Source: Candidatus Latescibacterota bacterium
GTDB taxonomy: Bacteria > Krumholzibacteriota > Krumholzibacteriia > WVZY01 > JAKEHA01
Direction of reading: 5' to 3'
Length of the DNA: 64,000 bases
Assembly (NCBI GenBank): GCA_963736125.1
Contig: CAVTNQ010000003.1
Coordinates: 27,899-91,898 of the forward strand
Position 1 is the first letter of the stretch, and every line of letters starts with the position of its first letter. A program made the translations under genes and the position numbers. Under the pieces are notes generated by a model that made no database searches, was not told the origin of the DNA, and saw only the letters and a list, made by a program, of their open reading frames with translations. Below are positions 60,668 through 64,000 of the stretch, in pieces.

Positions 60668-61234
60668 ATGAAGAAGTTTGTGCTAACGGTTTTGGCGATC
60701 GCCGTCATGGCGGCGCCCGCCGCCGCGCAGGTCGGCGACATCAGTATTTATGCCGACGCCGCGGGGACGAGTTGCAACGTCGCCGACGTGACGGGCCCGT
60801 TCGTCTTCAAAGACGTCTTTCTGCTTCACAAGCACACCGGTGGCGCGACCGCGGCGCAGTTCAAGGTCAGCTTGACCGGCGGATCCACGATGGCGTTCTC
60901 GTCGCAGACCATACCGGCCGGGATGTTGAACCTGGGCAACGCGAACGACGACATCTCGATTGCCTATGGCGGCTGCGTGCAGGGTGACTTCCTGATTCTG
61001 ACGGTCACCTATATCGCATTCGGAACCAGCCCGGCGTGCGGGGCCATCGTGCTGGAGCCGGCGGCAACGTCGCCGATTCCAGGCGAGATCGCCATGGTTG
61101 ATTGCGCGATTCCGAGCGGCAACCTCGCGGTGGTCGGGAACGGACAGGCGAACATCAACCCGGACGTGACCTGCCAGTGCGACGTCGCGATACGTACGAC
61201 GACGTGGGGCTCTATCAAGGCGCTCTACCGATAG
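60668..61234 (+). CDS. Secreted cohesin-like protein with C-terminal TWGSIKALYR (paralogue of 59639..60199)
   Basis: Signal peptide, TAAQFKV, AYGGCV, PAATSPIPG, VDCAIPSGNL. Confidence 0.72.
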   Translation: MKKFVLTVLAIAVMAAPAAAQVGDISIYADAAGTSCNVADVTGPFVFKDVFLLHKHTGGATAAQFKVSLTGGSTMAFSSQTIPAGMLNLGNANDDISIAYGGCVQGDFLILTVTYIAFGTSPACGAIVLEPAATSPIPGEIAMVDCAIPSGNLAVVGNGQANINPDVTCQCDVAIRTTTWGSIKALYR

Positions 61235-61257
61235 CCCGGTTCGCGAATTGGATTGTT

Positions 61258-61296
61258 CGAAGGGCCTCCGTGCAAACGGGGGCCCTTCGTGTTTTG
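61258..61296 (+). terminator. Intrinsic terminator
   Basis: CGAAGGGCCTCCGT-GCAA-ACGGGGGCCCTTCG followed by TGTTTT. Confidence 0.78.
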
Positions 61297-61323
61297 CAAC
61301 CCCGCGTATCTCCGGAACTCGCC

Positions 61324-61352
61324 TTGACACGGTCCCCCGGCGCCGCTAGACT
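61324..61352 (+). promoter_or_regulatory. Sigma70 promoter for the C25 peptidase gene
   Basis: TTGACA, 17 bp, TAGACT. Confidence 0.75.
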
Positions 61353-61430
61353 TGTGTTCGACGCTACCTTTACGCCCCTAGACAACCCCTCTGGCGTAAC
61401 TTCAATTTGATTTATCAGAGAACTAGACCG

Positions 61431-64000
61431 ATGCCGGCCCGAACGTTCCTCGTCGCGACCGCCGGTGCCCTCGTGCTGTCCGTGTCGTCGGCTCGCACGG
61501 ACGCGGCGCCGAAGGGTGCGCGTGTGGCACCCGCCACCGTCGTCCAGTCGGACGCGTCGCGGGCGCGCTTCGTGGTCGACGTCCCTCGTCCGACCTTTTT
61601 GCCCTCGCCGGCACTGCCGGGCTTCGAGCGGATCGCCCTGTCGGGCTTCGAGGCCACCGGCAATCCGGGGCAGCCACCCCAGTTGTCGCGCCGCTACATG
61701 GTGGCACTTCCGCCCACCGGCACGTATGCCGTGAGCGCACGCATCCTGGCGTCGGAGCCGCTCGGATCGCACCGCTTGGAGCCCATCGCTACGCCCATCG
61801 TTATCGAAGGCGACCAAGAGATGGGCCCGACCACGAGCGAGCGCGTCGATTGGAACGAAGCGACCTACCTGGGGTGGGTCGCCCCCGACATCGCCACCTA
61901 CGACACGCCTGCGTTCATTCGACGCCAGCGCGTCCTCCCGCTCGCGGTCAATCCCGTTTTCTACGACGTCAAGACCAACGAGATCGTGGTGGCGACGCGC
62001 GTCGAGATCGACGTCCGCTTCGACGGCGGCTCGTCGTCGCGAGCGCCAGCCGCTCCCGCCGCGCGCGACGAACAATGGAACGACGTCTTCGGCCGTATGC
62101 TCGTCAACGCGCAGCAAGCACGCGCGTGGCGCGCGCCCAAGCCGGCGCTCGCGTCGAGTGCCGCCACGATGGCACGCGTCGCTCCGGGAGCGGTGAAGCT
62201 GCGCGTGCGCGACACCGGCGTGCACAAGGTCGCGGCCGCCACGTTGCTCGCCGCCGGCTTCCCGGGCGGGCAGCCGGTCGACAATTTGCGGCTGTATCGA
62301 CGCACCTACGACGACAACACGCTGACGGCGGGGGAAACCGAAGTACCGCTTTACGTGCGCGAAGGCACGGGCGGTGTCGCGGGCGTGTTCGATGCCAACG
62401 ATCTCGTCGTCTTCTACGGACTGCGTTTGCGCGACGACGCCACCCAGGGCGACACGCGCGAGCAGTACTCGTTCACCAATACGTATTGGCTGGAACCCGG
62501 GGCGGGCACACCCATGGCGACGCGCACGCCCGCGCCCGGCTTCGTCACCGCGGACACGACGACCGCATTTTTTGCCGCCACCGCGCACTTCGAAACCGAC
62601 GCCTACTTCCGCGACGGATCCACCGCGGCGTCGAACGATCTCTATTACTTCAATTCGGGCCGGGAGGCGGGGCCGGTCGACATGCCCATGACGATCGGCG
62701 CCATCCGCCCGGGCGGGAACCTCGGGATCATCGCCGAGCTGCACGGGCAGGTGTACAACCCGCCGTTGACCGCGCGCACCATCCGCCTCTCGCTCGTGAA
62801 TGGGACGGGCGAGACCGTGCTCGACGCGGCCTACACCATCAATAACAAGAACCGGCAAACCTACACGTCGGCGCCCATTCCAGCGGCCGCCGTATCCGTC
62901 GGCGCCAACCAATTTCGCGTCGCGCGTCCGCCGCTGGCGACGCGTTCCAGCGTCGAAGTGCTGATCAACTTCGTCGACGTGTCGTACGGCGCGTTGTACC
63001 GCGCGCGCGGCAACACGCTGCGCTTCAACACGGCGACGTTGGCGGGCGACACCAGCATCACCGTGACCGGTTTGTCGTCGACCACGGACTTCGAGCTGTT
63101 CGACGTCACCGCACCCACCGCACCGGTGCGTTGCATCACCGCACCGTCGAACTTCACCGCCGTGCCCGGCGGATTCGCGTTCTCGTTCCGCGAGAACATC
63201 CCGTCGCGGCGCGAATTCGTCTTGACGCCGGTCGCGCGCATGATCGACATCCCTGCCGCCGACGTCCTCCTGGACACGCCGAGTGCCATCATCGGCAGCC
63301 CCGCCGAGTCGGGCGTCGACGTGCTGGTGGTGGCGAATTCGATCTATCTCGCGCAGATGCAGACGTGGGCGACGTATCGCCGCGCGCAGGGCTACCGCGT
63401 GCTCTTGGTGGACGCCGACGACGTGTTCGACGAGTTCAACGGCGGGGTGTTGCACGCGCGCGCCATCCAGCGCTTCGCGCGTCATTTCTTCGAGCGCGGC
63501 GACGCCAGCGCCTTGGTTCTGGTCGGCGATTCGTCCGAGGACCACAAGCTGGTGCACTCCGACTCGGGCCCCAACTTCGTGCCGACCTTCACGCGCATCG
63601 ACTTCGTCAACGGCAGCCCGCCCATCGACGAGGTGGTGACCACCGACAAGCGCTTCGTCAAGCTGCCCGGACCCGGTGGCGCCCCCGCCGACGAGTACCC
63701 GGACATGATCGTGGGCCGTTTGCCGGTGGGCTCGACCACCGAGCTCGACATCGTCCTTACGAAGATCTTCGGGTTCGAAGCGCCGACCGCTTCGGAGTTC
63801 TGGCGCAAGCGCATGATCATCGTGGCCGACGACGAGTACTCGGAAGGAAGCTCGGCGTTCGGCCAGGCCTTTCGCTACTGCTTCACACCCGGCGAGAGCG
63901 GCTTCCAGGCCGGTCAGGAACAGACGGCGCAGGTCATCGAGAACTCGCTGCCCGCGGGCTACGACGTGATTCGGTTCTACTTGAAGGACTACACCTCGTC
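61431..64000 (+). CDS. Peptidase C25 (gingipain family), PorU-like; truncated by window edge
   Basis: Manual translation from ATG 61431: signal, C25-propeptide-like GNPGQPPQL..YMVALP, PorU-like VKLRVRDTGVHKV and FYG...YSFTNTYWL, then C25 core VDADDVFDEFNGG, LVLVGD, FVPT, DMIVGRLPV, IIVADD. Absent from the ORF track because it has no stop inside the window. Confidence 0.85.
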   Translation, partial: MPARTFLVATAGALVLSVSSARTDAAPKGARVAPATVVQSDASRARFVVDVPRPTFLPSPALPGFERIALSGFEATGNPGQPPQLSRRYMVALPPTGTYAVSARILASEPLGSHRLEPIATPIVIEGDQEMGPTTSERVDWNEATYLGWVAPDIATYDTPAFIRRQRVLPLAVNPVFYDVKTNEIVVATRVEIDVRFDGGSSSRAPAAPAARDEQWNDVFGRMLVNAQQARAWRAPKPALASSAATMARVAPGAVKLRVRDTGVHKVAAATLLAAGFPGGQPVDNLRLYRRTYDDNTLTAGETEVPLYVREGTGGVAGVFDANDLVVFYGLRLRDDATQGDTREQYSFTNTYWLEPGAGTPMATRTPAPGFVTADTTTAFFAATAHFETDAYFRDGSTAASNDLYYFNSGREAGPVDMPMTIGAIRPGGNLGIIAELHGQVYNPPLTARTIRLSLVNGTGETVLDAAYTINNKNRQTYTSAPIPAAAVSVGANQFRVARPPLATRSSVEVLINFVDVSYGALYRARGNTLRFNTATLAGDTSITVTGLSSTTDFELFDVTAPTAPVRCITAPSNFTAVPGGFAFSFRENIPSRREFVLTPVARMIDIPAADVLLDTPSAIIGSPAESGVDVLVVANSIYLAQMQTWATYRRAQGYRVLLVDADDVFDEFNGGVLHARAIQRFARHFFERGDASALVLVGDSSEDHKLVHSDSGPNFVPTFTRIDFVNGSPPIDEVVTTDKRFVKLPGPGGAPADEYPDMIVGRLPVGSTTELDIVLTKIFGFEAPTASEFWRKRMIIVADDEYSEGSSAFGQAFRYCFTPGESGFQAGQEQTAQVIENSLPAGYDVIRFYLKDYTS

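Noticed and set aside
57866-64000. Integrative element or prophage at tRNA-Val
   Set aside because: No integrase, transposase or phage genes, and I noticed no duplicated tRNA 3' end in the window.

Overview
High-GC (roughly two-thirds G+C by eye) chromosomal window from a diderm bacterium. FlgD/T9SS-type C-terminal domains, a PorU-like C25 peptidase and TWGxxKALYR-tailed proteins suggest an FCB-associated candidate phylum such as Krumholzibacteriota, Latescibacterota or Eisenbacteria (inference). (1) 1-17.5 kb: a tightly coupled minus-strand envelope gene cluster. It contains ApbE flavin transferase, a CX4CH lipoprotein, three small outer-membrane beta-barrels, a di-haem HzsA-like lipoprotein, TlpA thioredoxin, DUF4266, DUF3570 with a DAITAAS flavinylation-like motif, an NHL/FlgD secreted protein and a ~1630-aa TPR protein plus TPR lipoprotein resembling GltD/GltE. 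(2) 17.5-40.7 kb: MFS transporters, a multidomain secreted metalloprotease/beta-helix protein, a radical SAM enzyme, YfiT, two Ser/Thr kinases, pdxH, acs with an HDAC, a HAD hydrolase, NDH-2 and YihY. (3) nrdAB, where NrdB has the class Ic (Mn/Fe, Tyr-to-Phe) signature, under a sigma70 promoter with tandem NrdR-like boxes. (4) Housekeeping run yggS-divIVA-like-pnp-ileS-dksA-like-lspA-rluD, a partner-switching trio, ruvX, mltG and tRNA-Val. (5) 58-64 kb: an Ig+dockerin-like secreted protein, three cohesin-like paralogues ending in TWGx[VI]KALYR, and a PorU-like C25 peptidase. Three single-base +1 frameshifts in short homopolymers (~1086, ~8837, ~21523) are most likely sequencing errors. The two best candidates for an undescribed system are the left-hand flavin/haem/thiol envelope operon and the right-hand TWG-tail/dockerin/C25 surface-protein locus.
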